Assembly (NCBI GenBank): GCA_965223295.1
Contig: CBDCWC010000003.1
Coordinates: 1,792,001-1,856,000 of the forward strand
Source: Nitrospirales bacterium
Lineage (GTDB): Bacteria > Nitrospirota > Nitrospiria > Nitrospirales > UBA8639
Direction: 5' to 3'
DNA: 64,000 nt
Shown here: positions 21,291-31,155 of the stretch, in pieces
How positions within the stretch are numbered: the stretch's first letter is position 1
Layout: the number at the start of each line of letters is the position of its first letter
Program-made: the position numbers and the translations under genes
Notes under the pieces: generated by a model
The model's database searches: none
What the model was told of the DNA's origin: nothing
The model's input: only the letters and a program-made list of their open reading frames with translations

Positions 21291-21887
21291 ATGAACGGTG
21301 AGTCATCCGTTGCCGACATTCCAATCAATCTTCCCAATAGTCTTACGGTTCTTCGAATTCTCCTCGTCCCTGTGTTTGTTGGGCTATTGCTCTACGAACA
21401 TTATGATATCGCACTCATCACGCTGCTGATTGCGGCCTTGACCGATATGTTGGACGGGATGATTGCCCGTATTACCGACCAACAGACTCGCTTGGGTGAA
21501 TATTTGGATCCTCTTGCCGATAAACTTTTGTTGATGTCGGCCATCATCACACTTTCGGTACTACATTTCATCCCACTCTGGGCTGTCATTGTGGTCGTGA
21601 GCCGCGATGCCATTTTGTTGACCGGCACACTCGTGGCCAATTTGTCTGAAACGGATATCAATATCGCCCCTACGGTGTTAGGTAAAGGAACGACTTTTGC
21701 TCAAATTTGTTATGTCATTTCGATCATGTTGTATGCCACCGGGCGGATACCGGACTTTCTTGCTCAGCCTTTCTTAGTTGTGATGGTGGTGCTAACCGTG
21801 GGCTCTGGGGTCCATTATCTATTCCGCGGTATTCAACACATCAATGGGTCAAATACGGGGGTCGACTCAGAAGGGGGAACCCCATGA
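21291..21887 (+). CDS. pgsA: CDP-alcohol phosphatidyltransferase (PgsA-like)
   Basis: NLPNSLTVLRI and the TDMLDGMIAR...LGEYLDPLADK signature. Confidence 0.85.
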   Translation: MNGESSVADIPINLPNSLTVLRILLVPVFVGLLLYEHYDIALITLLIAALTDMLDGMIARITDQQTRLGEYLDPLADKLLLMSAIITLSVLHFIPLWAVIVVVSRDAILLTGTLVANLSETDINIAPTVLGKGTTFAQICYVISIMLYATGRIPDFLAQPFLVVMVVLTVGSGVHYLFRGIQHINGSNTGVDSEGGTP

Positions 21888-23683
21888 GTCGAGAGCGTGT
21901 TGGCCATCAGCTCGTGGATGCCAAGGTTATTTCATCATCAGATTTAGCCAAGGCCCTTGAGGTTCAACAGAGTGAAGGCGGTCGACTTGGTAGCATTCTG
22001 GTTCGGATGGAGGTGTTGTCTGAAGCCACATTGCTGGAATTCCTAAGCCAGCAGTATGGAGTCTCTACGATAGATCTTTCCACATGTACGATAAATGAAA
22101 GCCTGTTGGCGCTTCTTCCTCTTTCGATCATTCAGCAACATTTAGTGGTGCCGGTCCAGCAAACTGTGTCTCGTTTAACCTTGGCCATGGTTGACCCTAC
22201 GAATGTTTCCTTATTAGACGAGCTTCGTTTTAGAACAAGCCTTCATATTGTTCCGATGGTGGCCACTGAATCGGATGTACGTGCAGCCATTAGCCGGATG
22301 TATGGCCAATCTCAAAATGGAGGTTCACGAATGTCCAGTCCTTCCCTCGGATTGGAGAGAGTCGATCAGCAGACGAATGTCACGAACGTCCTGGCTCCAT
22401 CGTCTTCATCGTCGTTCGACAGAGGTGCCGCCTATTCTTCGGGTGGAGAATCTCGGCTCGACTCCAGGAGTAAACTTCGCATAGCCATTGAGGGTGATCC
22501 TTCGGCTGTTGACGTAGTGAATGCCCTGGTCCAGGAAGCTTTAGCCATGGAAGCGAGTGATATTCATATTGAACCGTTGGAAAATATTATCCGGATTCGG
22601 TTCAGATTAGATGGCGTTTTGCGGCCCATCCATAATTTACCGAAAGTCTTACATCAATCCTTGCTAGCTCGGCTCAAAATTCTTTCGGACCTAGATATAG
22701 CTGAACGGCGGCTCCCTCAGGATGGGCGGATGAATATTGAGGGATTTCCTCAGGTGGATATTCGAGTGGCGATCTTGCCGTGTTTATTTGGAGAAAAGGC
22801 AGTCTTGCGGCTCTTGAATCAATCGGGATTGGCTCTTCATCTCACAAATCTTGGATTAGATCAACCTGATTTAGATCGGGTGACCACAGCTCTAGAAAAG
22901 CCGTACGGCATGATTTTGGTCACTGGCCCAACGGGCAGCGGAAAAACCACCACGCTGTATAGCGCGTTACAATATTTGAATACGCCATCGATGAATATTG
23001 TGACGGTAGAAGATCCCGTGGAGTTTCAAATTCAGGGGATCAATCAACTGCAGATTCATGAAGAGATTGGTTTGAACTTTTCAATGGGGCTGCGTTCCTT
23101 CTTGCGGCAGGATCCTGATGTGATGATGGTGGGAGAAATTCGCGACCGCGAAACAGCTCAAATTGCTATTCAAGCTTCACTGACTGGACATCGAGTGTTA
23201 TCCACGCTCCATACCATGAATGGCCCTGGAGCTATCACGCGTCTTATCGATATGGGAATTGAACCATTTCTCGTGTCCTCAGCCATCTCATTGATTATTG
23301 GCCAACGGCTTGTGCGGAAAATATGTCAGCATTGCGTAGAACGTGAGGCGGTCTCTCCGGTTCATTTACGGGATTTGGGTTTTGAAGAGCATGTGCTTGA
23401 TACGGTCGAGCCCAGAAAAGGACATGGCTGTGATCACTGCCATGGCACAGGGTATAAAGGACGGATGGCCTTATTTGAAACATTGCCTATCCTTGAACGG
23501 TTACATGCCACCATTTTGTCTCGCGCCTCGACTCATGAACTGATCGACTGTGCAAAGCAGGATGGATTTCGGACCCTGCGTCAAGCTGGATTGGCCGCTG
23601 TACAGCGAGGGCAGACAACGGTGAATGAAATTTTGACGGAAACTAGTGACGATGGAGCCTGTACGGCTTTGGCCGGAAAGTAG
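21884..23683 (+). CDS. pilB: Type IV pilus assembly ATPase PilB (GspE/PulE family)
   Basis: N-terminal MshEN-like RLGSILV, ASDIHIEP, Walker A GPTGSGKTT, LRQDPD and two CxxC zinc motifs. The ATG overlaps the pgsA stop. Confidence 0.92.
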   Translation: MSRERVGHQLVDAKVISSSDLAKALEVQQSEGGRLGSILVRMEVLSEATLLEFLSQQYGVSTIDLSTCTINESLLALLPLSIIQQHLVVPVQQTVSRLTLAMVDPTNVSLLDELRFRTSLHIVPMVATESDVRAAISRMYGQSQNGGSRMSSPSLGLERVDQQTNVTNVLAPSSSSSFDRGAAYSSGGESRLDSRSKLRIAIEGDPSAVDVVNALVQEALAMEASDIHIEPLENIIRIRFRLDGVLRPIHNLPKVLHQSLLARLKILSDLDIAERRLPQDGRMNIEGFPQVDIRVAILPCLFGEKAVLRLLNQSGLALHLTNLGLDQPDLDRVTTALEKPYGMILVTGPTGSGKTTTLYSALQYLNTPSMNIVTVEDPVEFQIQGINQLQIHEEIGLNFSMGLRSFLRQDPDVMMVGEIRDRETAQIAIQASLTGHRVLSTLHTMNGPGAITRLIDMGIEPFLVSSAISLIIGQRLVRKICQHCVEREAVSPVHLRDLGFEEHVLDTVEPRKGHGCDHCHGTGYKGRMALFETLPILERLHATILSRASTHELIDCAKQDGFRTLRQAGLAAVQRGQTTVNEILTETSDDGACTALAGK

Positions 23684-23688
23684 GTAAT

Positions 23689-23878
23689 GGAAATGTTGAA
23701 AAAAGCCGCCAGCGGCGTTCTCGCCATTTTTCCGTGCTCACGTACTCCCAGTGCGCTCCGCGCGCAAAAATGGCTGCGGCCTTGCTGGACGGACTTTTTT
23801 GACCATTCCCGTCGAATTGAAGTCACCATTGCTCTGAAAGCCTTTTCGTAACTTGAAATTGAATTATTCAACAGGGCC
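23689..23878 (+). mobile_element. MITE copy 1 (190 bp; distal ~68 bp divergent from the other copies)
   Basis: Ends GGAAATGTTGAA / TTCAACAGGGCC; flanks GTAAT (23684-23688) and GTAAA (23879-23883); ~120-bp core shared with three other copies. Confidence 0.85.
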
Positions 23879-23888
23879 GTAAATCTCT

Positions 23889-25015
23889 ATGGAACTCTAT
23901 GATCTTCTACGAGAATTGAAACAGCAAGAAGGTTCAGACCTCCATTTGGTCGTAGGCACAGTGCCTCGACTACGCGTGGACGGTCAATTGAAGCCCCTGC
24001 AGACGGCAAGCGTCACACGTCAAGCGTCACACGTCAAGCGATGAGTCAATTCATGGAGAGTTTCTTGACTGAAGAACAACAACGACAGTTGGCTGAAAAG
24101 GGTGAATGGGATGGAGGCTGTACCGTCGAAGGTGTTGGGCGTTTTCGGTTTCATCTGTACAAGCAGCAAGGGGCTCATGCCATGGCAGTCCGGGCAGTTC
24201 CCGATGCCGTTCCGTCCTTAGATGAACTTGGCTTGCCTTCGGTCGTCAAGGGTTTGATGCAAAAATCTCAAGGGCTCGTATTGGTGACTGGCGCCACCGG
24301 CAGTGGAAAAAGTACAACGATGGCGGCGATGTTAGATCAAGTCAATCGGGAGCGGCGAGCGCATATTGTTTCGCTGGAAGATCCTATTGAAGTCGTGCAT
24401 GCCCACAAGAAGAGTCTTGTCTCGCAGTTAGAAGTTGGTGCAGATGTTTCAGAGTTTCAGATGGCCCTGAAAGGAATATTGCGGCAGGACCCCGATGTTG
24501 TCTTTTTAGGAGAACTAAGGGATCGCGAGACAATTCAGGCAGCCCTGACTATAGCTGAAACCGGACATTTGACTGTGGCAACCCTCCATACTAATTCAGC
24601 CATTCAGTCTTTGACGAGGCTCATTTCGGTGTTTCCGCCACATCAACAACCGGAAGTGCGGGTGCAGTTGTCGATGGTGTTGGAGGGAGTGTTGTCGCAA
24701 CGGTTGGTGCCTCGCTCGGAAGGTGCTGGCCGTGTGTTAGCGCTGGAAATTTTGGTGCTTTCTCCAGCGATTCGCAACCTTATTCGTGAGGATAAATTGC
24801 ACCAAATCTATTCGATGATGCAAACGGGGCAAGCTCAATATAGTATGCAGACGATGAATCAGGCGCTAGCGGATTTATGTTCCCAAAGGGTGATTGCGAC
24901 AAAGGTTGCGTTAGGCATGACTGTTTCCCCCGAGGAACTCACGAAGTTGTTGGAACGAAGCGGGCAAGTTCGATCTTCGCCTATATCGTTGGCGAGATTG
25001 CGGCCGAGGGTATAA
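23889..25015 (+). pseudogene. pilT: Twitching motility ATPase PilT, frameshifted by a 14-bp tandem duplication
   Basis: ATG 23889 encodes MELYDLLRELKQQEGSDLHLVVGTVPRLRVDGQL (PilT N-terminus) but stops at TGA 24042-24044. The remainder (GATGSGKST, LRQDPD, AIRNLIRE) is in the ORF from 24041. Removing one CAAGCGTCACACGT unit fuses the two frames. Confidence 0.88.
24007..24040 (+). repeat. Tandem repeat CAAGCGTCACACGT, two full units plus 6 nt
   Basis: Units at 24007-24020 and 24021-24034, then a partial CAAGCG at 24035-24040. Confidence 0.97.
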
Positions 25016-25021
25016 ACAATT

Positions 25022-25146
25022 GTAAGGGGTAAGGCGTAAAGAGAGAAAAGTTGTGATCAAGATAGAAGGAAGAACAACCTGTTTATCCTCAATGATTTCT
25101 CCTTGTCTTATCTCCTTACTTCTCACTCCTACCTTTTTACTTGCAC
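25022..25146. repeat. Heptamer-periodic imperfect palindrome
   Basis: GTAAGGG GTAAGGC GTAAAGA GAGAAAA ... TCCTTAC TTCTCAC TCCTACC TTTTTAC. Confidence 0.75.
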
Positions 25147-25183
25147 GATTAGGCCAGTACCAACACAATGTGAAATGAACGAA

Positions 25184-26404
25184 ATGACGCTCTATCACTA
25201 CATGGCAAAAGACAAAGCTGGAAAGTCGCTGCAAGGGGAAATTTCTGCAACGACCTCTCAAGAAGCCATTCAACAACTTCGGAGCCAGGATATGCTGGTG
25301 ACCTGCCTGAACGAAAAAGCTACGAAGCCTATTGGGGCTAGTCCACTGCAATTTTCCTGGAAGAGGAGCGGTGTAACAAACAAGGAGCTGATTGTGTTCA
25401 CGCATCAATTGGCAACCTTGATTCGGGCAGGAGTGCCTCTCTTGGAATGTTTGGACATTTTGGGGGCAGAAGTGGAAAATCCTGCCTGGCACCCTATCCT
25501 TAAGCGCATTTATCTGGATGTTGAGCAGGGAGCATTTTTGGCCAAAGCCTTAGGTTCGTTTCCGGAAATTTTTCATGACTTCTACCGACGGATGGTAGAA
25601 GTGGGAGAAACCACAGGGCGGTTGGATGAAAGTTTGGCTCAGTTGGCGCTCTATCTCGACAAACAAGCTCAGTTACGGGCAAAGATTCTTTCTGCGTTAG
25701 CATATCCGGCCTTGTTGGTGACGGTGGCCTTTTCTGTGTTGATCTTTTTGTTGGTGTGGGTGGTGCCTCTCTTTTCCGACCTTTTTCTGGAGTTTGGGGA
25801 ATCTCTTCCGTGGCTGACGAAAGTCGTTATTCATCTTGCAGACGGCATTCGAGAGCACGCAGTCCTATTAGCAGGACTCTTGGTGGCTGTCTTTTTAGGA
25901 AGCCGTTTCATGCTGACCCATGCCAAAAGTCGGCACATGATTGATGGGGTCATTTTGAGTGTCCCATTCGTGGGTGCGATATTCCGGAAGTCTTCGATTG
26001 TGCGGTTTGCTCGAACATTAGGATTCTTAATTCGGCGGGGCGTTCCGCTGCTAACGGGACTCACAGTGGCAGGGACTGTCACAGGGAATAGCGTATTCGA
26101 GAAAAATCTTGAAGCTGTGGCTATTGATGTTGAAGATGGTAAGTCGCTATCAGAGACGTTGCGAGCCAGCGGTGTGTTTCCGCCCATGGTGATTCAAATG
26201 ATCAAAGTCGGAGAGTCGACCGGGTCATTAGATGCCATGTTGGAAAAAATTGCGGATTTGTTTGAACAAGAAGTCGATCGAGTCGTTGCCAGCTTTACCG
26301 CGGTGCTAGAGCCTTGCGTAATCGTGGTTGTGGGAAGCGGGATTGCACTTGTCGTGATAGCCATGTATCTTCCCATTTTTACCATTGGTTCCGTGATTGG
26401 ATAA
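25184..26404 (+). CDS. pilC: Type IV pilus inner-membrane platform protein PilC (GspF family)
   Basis: FTHQLATLIRAGVPL, GETTGRLD, ALAYP, GESTGSLD and AMYLPIF motifs. Start taken as MTLYHY (alternative 25175); the upstream ORF extension lies within the repeat. Confidence 0.92.
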   Translation: MTLYHYMAKDKAGKSLQGEISATTSQEAIQQLRSQDMLVTCLNEKATKPIGASPLQFSWKRSGVTNKELIVFTHQLATLIRAGVPLLECLDILGAEVENPAWHPILKRIYLDVEQGAFLAKALGSFPEIFHDFYRRMVEVGETTGRLDESLAQLALYLDKQAQLRAKILSALAYPALLVTVAFSVLIFLLVWVVPLFSDLFLEFGESLPWLTKVVIHLADGIREHAVLLAGLLVAVFLGSRFMLTHAKSRHMIDGVILSVPFVGAIFRKSSIVRFARTLGFLIRRGVPLLTGLTVAGTVTGNSVFEKNLEAVAIDVEDGKSLSETLRASGVFPPMVIQMIKVGESTGSLDAMLEKIADLFEQEVDRVVASFTAVLEPCVIVVVGSGIALVVIAMYLPIFTIGSVIG

Positions 26405-26439
26405 TCGATCAATACAAGTAGAAGGAAAATTTTTATCTC

Positions 26440-27387
26440 GTGAGAGACGGTGGCGTGACAGAAACGGAAATTGTGGTCAAGGCTCCAGCAAAAGTGAATC
26501 TCTTGATCCGTGTGCTGGATCGTTTGCCCAATGGCTATCATGCTTTGTGGTCCCTCATGCATTCAGTTGACCTTTTCGACCAATTGCGTATTCGGTTGAA
26601 TTCAAATCATGATCGAGTGCAACTAACTTGTAGTCAGGCTGATTTGCCAGTTGATCAGGGAAACCTGGTCTATCGTGCTGCGGAAGCCGTTCTCGAGCGC
26701 GTTGGACGATCTGATGGTGTGGATATTGAACTGACCAAACAGATTCCCTTAGCGGCTGGGTTGGGTGGTGGAAGTAGTGATGCTGCGGCGGCGATCTTTG
26801 GTCTTGCTCACTTACTACAATTGGAGTGGGGGCTATCAGAGTACCGGGAAGTTGGTGCGGCTTTGGGAAGTGACATTCCTTTCTTTTTTCAAGCACCATG
26901 TGCCATGGTCCGAGGATGGGGGCAGGACGTGACTTCGTGCACAATTGAAGGCAAGCGGTGGGTGGTGTTAGTCAATCCAGGTTTTCCAATCCAAACAAAA
27001 TGGGCTTATGAGCAATTGGCTGGAAGTCGCACCGACATTCTGCCTTTGAAGCCGTGGGCCGAGACCATGGAAAGGCAGTTGTATGCTTCCTGGGACGATA
27101 TCATTAAGGTGATGGAGAATGATTTTGAATCCCCATTGTTTCCTCTTTACCCAATTTTACGCTTTATTAAAGACAAGTTGTGCGATCTAGGTGCTCAGTC
27201 AGCTCTCTTGTCGGGGAGCGGAGCCACGGTCTTGGGGATATTTCTGACAAACGAAGCTGCGAAAGAGGCGGCAGCTCGGTTGCGGCATGATACCGATTGG
27301 CATGTTTTTTCCGTCCCAGTGGGAAACTCAAGGTTGCCACACGAGGCCATTTCTCCCACCTTCTCTCCTGAGGTCTTATCCGTCTGA
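26440..27387 (+). CDS. ispE: 4-diphosphocytidyl-2-C-methyl-D-erythritol kinase
   Basis: APAKVNL, IPLAAGLGGGSSDAA, LGSDIPFF and SGSGATV motifs. Confidence 0.96.
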   Translation: MRDGGVTETEIVVKAPAKVNLLIRVLDRLPNGYHALWSLMHSVDLFDQLRIRLNSNHDRVQLTCSQADLPVDQGNLVYRAAEAVLERVGRSDGVDIELTKQIPLAAGLGGGSSDAAAAIFGLAHLLQLEWGLSEYREVGAALGSDIPFFFQAPCAMVRGWGQDVTSCTIEGKRWVVLVNPGFPIQTKWAYEQLAGSRTDILPLKPWAETMERQLYASWDDIIKVMENDFESPLFPLYPILRFIKDKLCDLGAQSALLSGSGATVLGIFLTNEAAKEAAARLRHDTDWHVFSVPVGNSRLPHEAISPTFSPEVLSV

Positions 27388-27402
27388 GTTCAAAAAGTTG
27401 AG

Positions 27403-27432
27403 TTGACAAGCAGAAGTTTTTCGCATTACCTT
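27403..27432 (+). promoter_or_regulatory. Candidate sigma-70 promoter for prs-rplY-pth
   Basis: TTGACA (27403-27408), 18-nt spacer, TACCTT. Confidence 0.45.
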
Positions 27433-27502
27433 TGCTCTGTTTTTCTTCCACGAGTTTTGGTCCCAAAATCCTGAAATTTCTTCCAGAAAGAACAAACAGC
27501 CT

Positions 27503-28444
27503 ATGCCACGTGATTTAAAGTTACTCACAGGGAATTCAAATCCTTCACTGGCGAAGGAAATTGCTGGATATATTGGTCAAGACTTATGCCGGGCGACCGT
27601 CACGACGTTTAGTGACGGAGAAACCCGAGTTCGGATTGATGAGAATGTCCGGGGCGGGGATGTATTTCTTATCCAGTCCTGCTGTCACCCCGTCAATTCC
27701 TCAATTATGGAGCTATTGCTGCTGTTGGATGCCGTGAAGCGCTCTTCAGCCTCACGAATCACGGCTGTCATTCCGTACTATGGGTATGGTCGGCAAGACC
27801 GTAAAGATCAACCTCGTGTGCCTATTAGTGCCAAGTTGATTGCTGATTTGCTAACGGTTTCCGGGGCTAACCGGATTCTCACCATGGATTTGCATGCTGG
27901 GCCAATACAAGGGTTTTTTGATATTCCCGTTGACCATTTGTATGCCATGCCTATTCTCCTCGACTATATTAAGAAACAGCAAATATCTGATATGGTCATT
28001 GTTTCTCCGGATGCGGGTGGCGTAGAACGGGCGAGAGCCTTTGCCAAACGCCTGAATTCCTCGTTGGCGATTATCGATAAGCGCCGTGAATCTCCGAATG
28101 AGGCGGAAGTCATGAATATTATCGGCGATGTCAAAGGCATGCATGCTCTTCTATTTGATGATATGATCGATACGGCTGGAACTATTGTTCAAACGGCCCA
28201 AACATGTTTAGATAATGGAGCACTTTCGGTCTGGGCGGGCTGTACTCATCCGGTGTTATCAGGGCCAGCTCTGGAGCGGTTAGAAAAGTCTTGCTTACGA
28301 GAAGTGACCGTGACGAATACGATTCCCCTTAATGGGAAAGAGCAACAATGTTCAAAACTCAAGGCCCTTTCGGTGGCACCCCTCTTGGGAGAGGCCATTT
28401 TAAGGATTCATCGCGAAGAATCTGTCACATCGTTATTTGTGTAA
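27503..28444 (+). CDS. prs: Ribose-phosphate pyrophosphokinase
   Basis: [25 protein letters not shown] and DDMIDTAGT motifs. Confidence 0.98.
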   Translation: MPRDLKLLTGNSNPSLAKEIAGYIGQDLCRATVTTFSDGETRVRIDENVRGGDVFLIQSCCHPVNSSIMELLLLLDAVKRSSASRITAVIPYYGYGRQDRKDQPRVPISAKLIADLLTVSGANRILTMDLHAGPIQGFFDIPVDHLYAMPILLDYIKKQQISDMVIVSPDAGGVERARAFAKRLNSSLAIIDKRRESPNEAEVMNIIGDVKGMHALLFDDMIDTAGTIVQTAQTCLDNGALSVWAGCTHPVLSGPALERLEKSCLREVTVTNTIPLNGKEQQCSKLKALSVAPLLGEAILRIHREESVTSLFV

Positions 28445-28504
28445 TGATCTGCGATTGTCGGTTGGGGCCGTTTATTTCACAACCAGACAAAAGAGGGTAC
28501 AACC

Positions 28505-29200
28505 ATGCAATATGATCTTGCAGTAGAGAAGCGGGACCAAGCTGGGAAAGGCATTGCCCGGCAATTGCGCCGGCAAGGGAAAATTCCTGGCGTGATCTAT
28601 GGCGGGGGAAAATCTGATTTTTTTTCGCTAGACCATAATGTCGCGCGGAAGCTCATCCTTTCTCAAGTTGGGCATACCGGTCTGTTGACGGTCAAAGTCC
28701 CTGGGCAAAAAGATCGTGTTGCCGTGCTGCAAGACCATCAGTTGGATCCTATCACTGGAGCTATACTTCATATTGATTTATTTGAAGTTTCAATGGATAA
28801 GCCCATTCGGGTAAAAGTCCCTGTTTCCATGGCGGGGGCTGCGCCAGTTGGCGTGAAGGAAGGGGGAATTGTGCATCAACCTCTTCGAGAATTGCATATT
28901 GAATGTTTACCAGCCAAAATCCCTGACCATATTGAGGTGATTGCAACGGAGCTTCATGTGGGAGAAGGTATCCGTGTGAAAGAAGTAGCATCACCTGAAG
29001 GCGTGAAAATTTTAGATGATCCAGGGTTAATGGTGGTTCATGTGGCGACGAAGATGTCTGAAGCCAAATTGGAATCTTTGCTGGCTCGCGAGGCCGGGGA
29101 AGGTGAGACACCTGCGGCCGATGACAAAGCCAAGACGGAAGGGGCTCCAGCTGCTGAAGCGGCAGCTCCAGAAAATAAGGCGAAAGAAGGTAAAAAGTAA
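28505..29200 (+). CDS. rplY: 50S ribosomal protein L25/Ctc
   Basis: RQLRRQGKIPGVIYG, HIDL and GVKEGG motifs; prs-rplY-pth order. Confidence 0.95.
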   Translation: MQYDLAVEKRDQAGKGIARQLRRQGKIPGVIYGGGKSDFFSLDHNVARKLILSQVGHTGLLTVKVPGQKDRVAVLQDHQLDPITGAILHIDLFEVSMDKPIRVKVPVSMAGAAPVGVKEGGIVHQPLRELHIECLPAKIPDHIEVIATELHVGEGIRVKEVASPEGVKILDDPGLMVVHVATKMSEAKLESLLAREAGEGETPAADDKAKTEGAPAAEAAAPENKAKEGKK

Positions 29201-29206
29201 TCCTTG

Positions 29207-29785
29207 CATGTGGTTGTGGGTCTTGGGAATCCTGGACCAGCCTATCAGCACACGCGGCACAATCTGGGATGGATGGTTCTTGAACGTGCGGCGTACCGGT
29301 GGGGGATTTCTTTAACCCCACAATCACAAGCCATTCAAGGGCGGGGAGCTTTTGGTGAGCACTCGGTGCTTCTGGCAATGCCCCTGAAATGGATGAATCT
29401 ATCTGGAGAAGCGGTCTCTGCAATTCTCCATGATCAGAATCTCAATTCCTCAAATCTTATCCTTGTCTACGATGACTTGGATCTTCCTCTGGGGCAATTA
29501 AGAATTAAAACTCGTGGTGGCGCCGGTGGCCATAATGGTGTGCGTTCCGTGTTGGATTCTCTTGGGACGGATGATTTTTGTCGTGTAAAACTTGGTATTG
29601 GCAAGCCTAAGGATCATGAAGATACGGCCCAGTATGTATTGTCTCCCTTCACTAAGGATGAACATACGGAAGTGGATAGATTACTTCCCCGTGCTGTTGA
29701 TGCGTTGGAATGTGTGTTAACCGAAGGAGTTCCCGCAGCGATGAACAAGTTTCACATGCGTCCTGGACAGACCAGTCCAGAATAG
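29207..29785 (+). CDS. pth: Peptidyl-tRNA hydrolase (start approximate; ORF track gives TTG 29204)
   Basis: VGLGNPG..YQHTRHNLG, MNLSG, DDLDLP and GGHNG motifs. Confidence 0.95.
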   Translation, partial: HVVVGLGNPGPAYQHTRHNLGWMVLERAAYRWGISLTPQSQAIQGRGAFGEHSVLLAMPLKWMNLSGEAVSAILHDQNLNSSNLILVYDDLDLPLGQLRIKTRGGAGGHNGVRSVLDSLGTDDFCRVKLGIGKPKDHEDTAQYVLSPFTKDEHTEVDRLLPRAVDALECVLTEGVPAAMNKFHMRPGQTSPE

Positions 29786-29953
29786 CAAAGCGATGAGATG
29801 CTGTTTGATCAATTGGCCTATTTGTTACATGCGAACAGTTATTGTTTAGGTGTTTTCGTCGTTCATCGTGGAGGAACGACCGGAAAATTGTTCTCATAGT
29901 AAACGTTAATTTTTCCCTATCCTATCAGTGGGCCGTGCCACTATATTCCACGT

Positions 29954-29983
29954 TTGACAGTATCTTTTACCCTATGCTACTTT
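29954..29983 (+). promoter_or_regulatory. Candidate sigma-70 promoter for rpsF-ssb-rpsR
   Basis: TTGACA (29954-29959) and an extended -10-like TGcTACTTT. Confidence 0.5.
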
Positions 29984-30055
29984 CGTTTCCCCTTTGTGAT
30001 ACAAGGCTATGGGTTTGTCTGTTAACCTGTTCATCATTCAGCGAGAAAGGGTGTT

Positions 30056-30436
30056 ATGAAACTTTATGAATCAATAAGTATTCTTCGGCCTGCCCAAGTC
30101 GAGACGGAAAGTGAACGGGTTATAGAGAAAATACAGGAAATTTTGACCAGTTCTGGGGCCAATATCTTAAAGTTAGACAATAGTGGAAAGAAGAAATTGG
30201 CTTATGATATCAAACACGAACGAAAAGGAACCTTTATTACTGTTCAGTTTGAAGGGCCCGGAACTGTTATTGCTGAGTTAGAGCGCTTTCAACGAATGGA
30301 AGATCAAGTCATGAAATTTATGACAGTTCGTCTGAATCCGGCTGACTTAATCCCTGTACCTGAGACGGAAAATGAAGGTACGGAAAATGGAAGTGAAGCT
30401 GAGGGAGAGGATTCGGGAGATGGTGGGATTCAATAA
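30056..30436 (+). CDS. rpsF: 30S ribosomal protein S6
   Basis: YESISILRP and GKKKLAYDIK motifs, acidic tail; operon order. Confidence 0.95.
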   Translation: MKLYESISILRPAQVETESERVIEKIQEILTSSGANILKLDNSGKKKLAYDIKHERKGTFITVQFEGPGTVIAELERFQRMEDQVMKFMTVRLNPADLIPVPETENEGTENGSEAEGEDSGDGGIQ

Positions 30437-30830
30437 AGTCATCTTAATTGGCAATCTGACGAGAAATCCTGAGCTCCGGTATACTCCCAGTGGGACCCCG
30501 GTTGTTAATTTTCCCCTGGCCGTCAATCGGCGTTATCGTCAAGCGGATGACCAAAAAGAAGAAGTATGCTATGTTGATATCGTTGTTTTTGGGAGGCAAG
30601 CGGAACATTGCGGGCAATATCTCAATAAAGGTGATGGAGCTATCGTTGATGGACGCTTACAGCAGCGTCGTTGGGAAACAGATGATGGGCAGAAGCGAAG
30701 CAAGCACGAAGTCGTGGCTCAAACCGTGACCTTCCTGCCTAAAAAAGCACCTTCGGGGAGTTCTGGTGCCGGAACAGCTGAAGATGCGTCTTACGACTCA
30801 GAAGATTACTACCCTGACCCCATGCCCTAA
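30420..30830 (+). CDS. ssb: Single-stranded DNA-binding protein
   Basis: NKVILIGNLTRNPELRYT and GRLQQRRWET motifs. Confidence 0.97.
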   Translation: MVGFNKVILIGNLTRNPELRYTPSGTPVVNFPLAVNRRYRQADDQKEEVCYVDIVVFGRQAEHCGQYLNKGDGAIVDGRLQQRRWETDDGQKRSKHEVVAQTVTFLPKKAPSGSSGAGTAEDASYDSEDYYPDPMP

Positions 30831-30853
30831 TTTTTAGCTGAGGAGAAGTTTCT

Positions 30854-31084
30854 GTGGAAAAAGGTCGGTTATTTCAGCGGAAAAGAATGTGCCGTTTTTG
30901 CTTTGATAAAACACCATTGGATTATAAAGATGCCAATCTGTTGAGAAATTTTCTGACCGAACGGGGAAGGATTATCCCTCGTCGAACCTCGGGCAATTGT
31001 TTGCGACATCAACGGCGGCTGACGCAAGCTGTAAAGCGGGCACGGCATATCGCCATTCTTTCTTTTTCCGAAGAACAACGGTAG
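30854..31084 (+). CDS. rpsR: 30S ribosomal protein S18 (Cys-containing form)
   Basis: CRFC..DYKD..LTERGRIIPRR..C..HQR; AGGAG RBS with GTG start. Confidence 0.96.
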   Translation: MEKGRLFQRKRMCRFCFDKTPLDYKDANLLRNFLTERGRIIPRRTSGNCLRHQRRLTQAVKRARHIAILSFSEEQR

Positions 31085-31155
31085 GTGAAGAGCGAAAGAA
31101 TGATTTTCCTCTTGAGAAGTAAAGAAATGAGTTCAATCATTTGTTTGTGTGATGC

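Noticed and set aside
23689-23878. MITE copies as tRNA, riboswitch or CRISPR repeats
   Set aside because: There is no cloverleaf or T-loop and no regular repeat-spacer array. Copies are dispersed in both orientations with target duplications.
27388-27502. tRNA-Gln commonly found between ispE and prs
   Set aside because: No tRNA-like sequence is visible in this 115-bp gap.
31085-31155. Expected rplI after rpsR
   Set aside because: It is absent here and yceD follows directly. It is probably located elsewhere, so this is not informative from this window alone.
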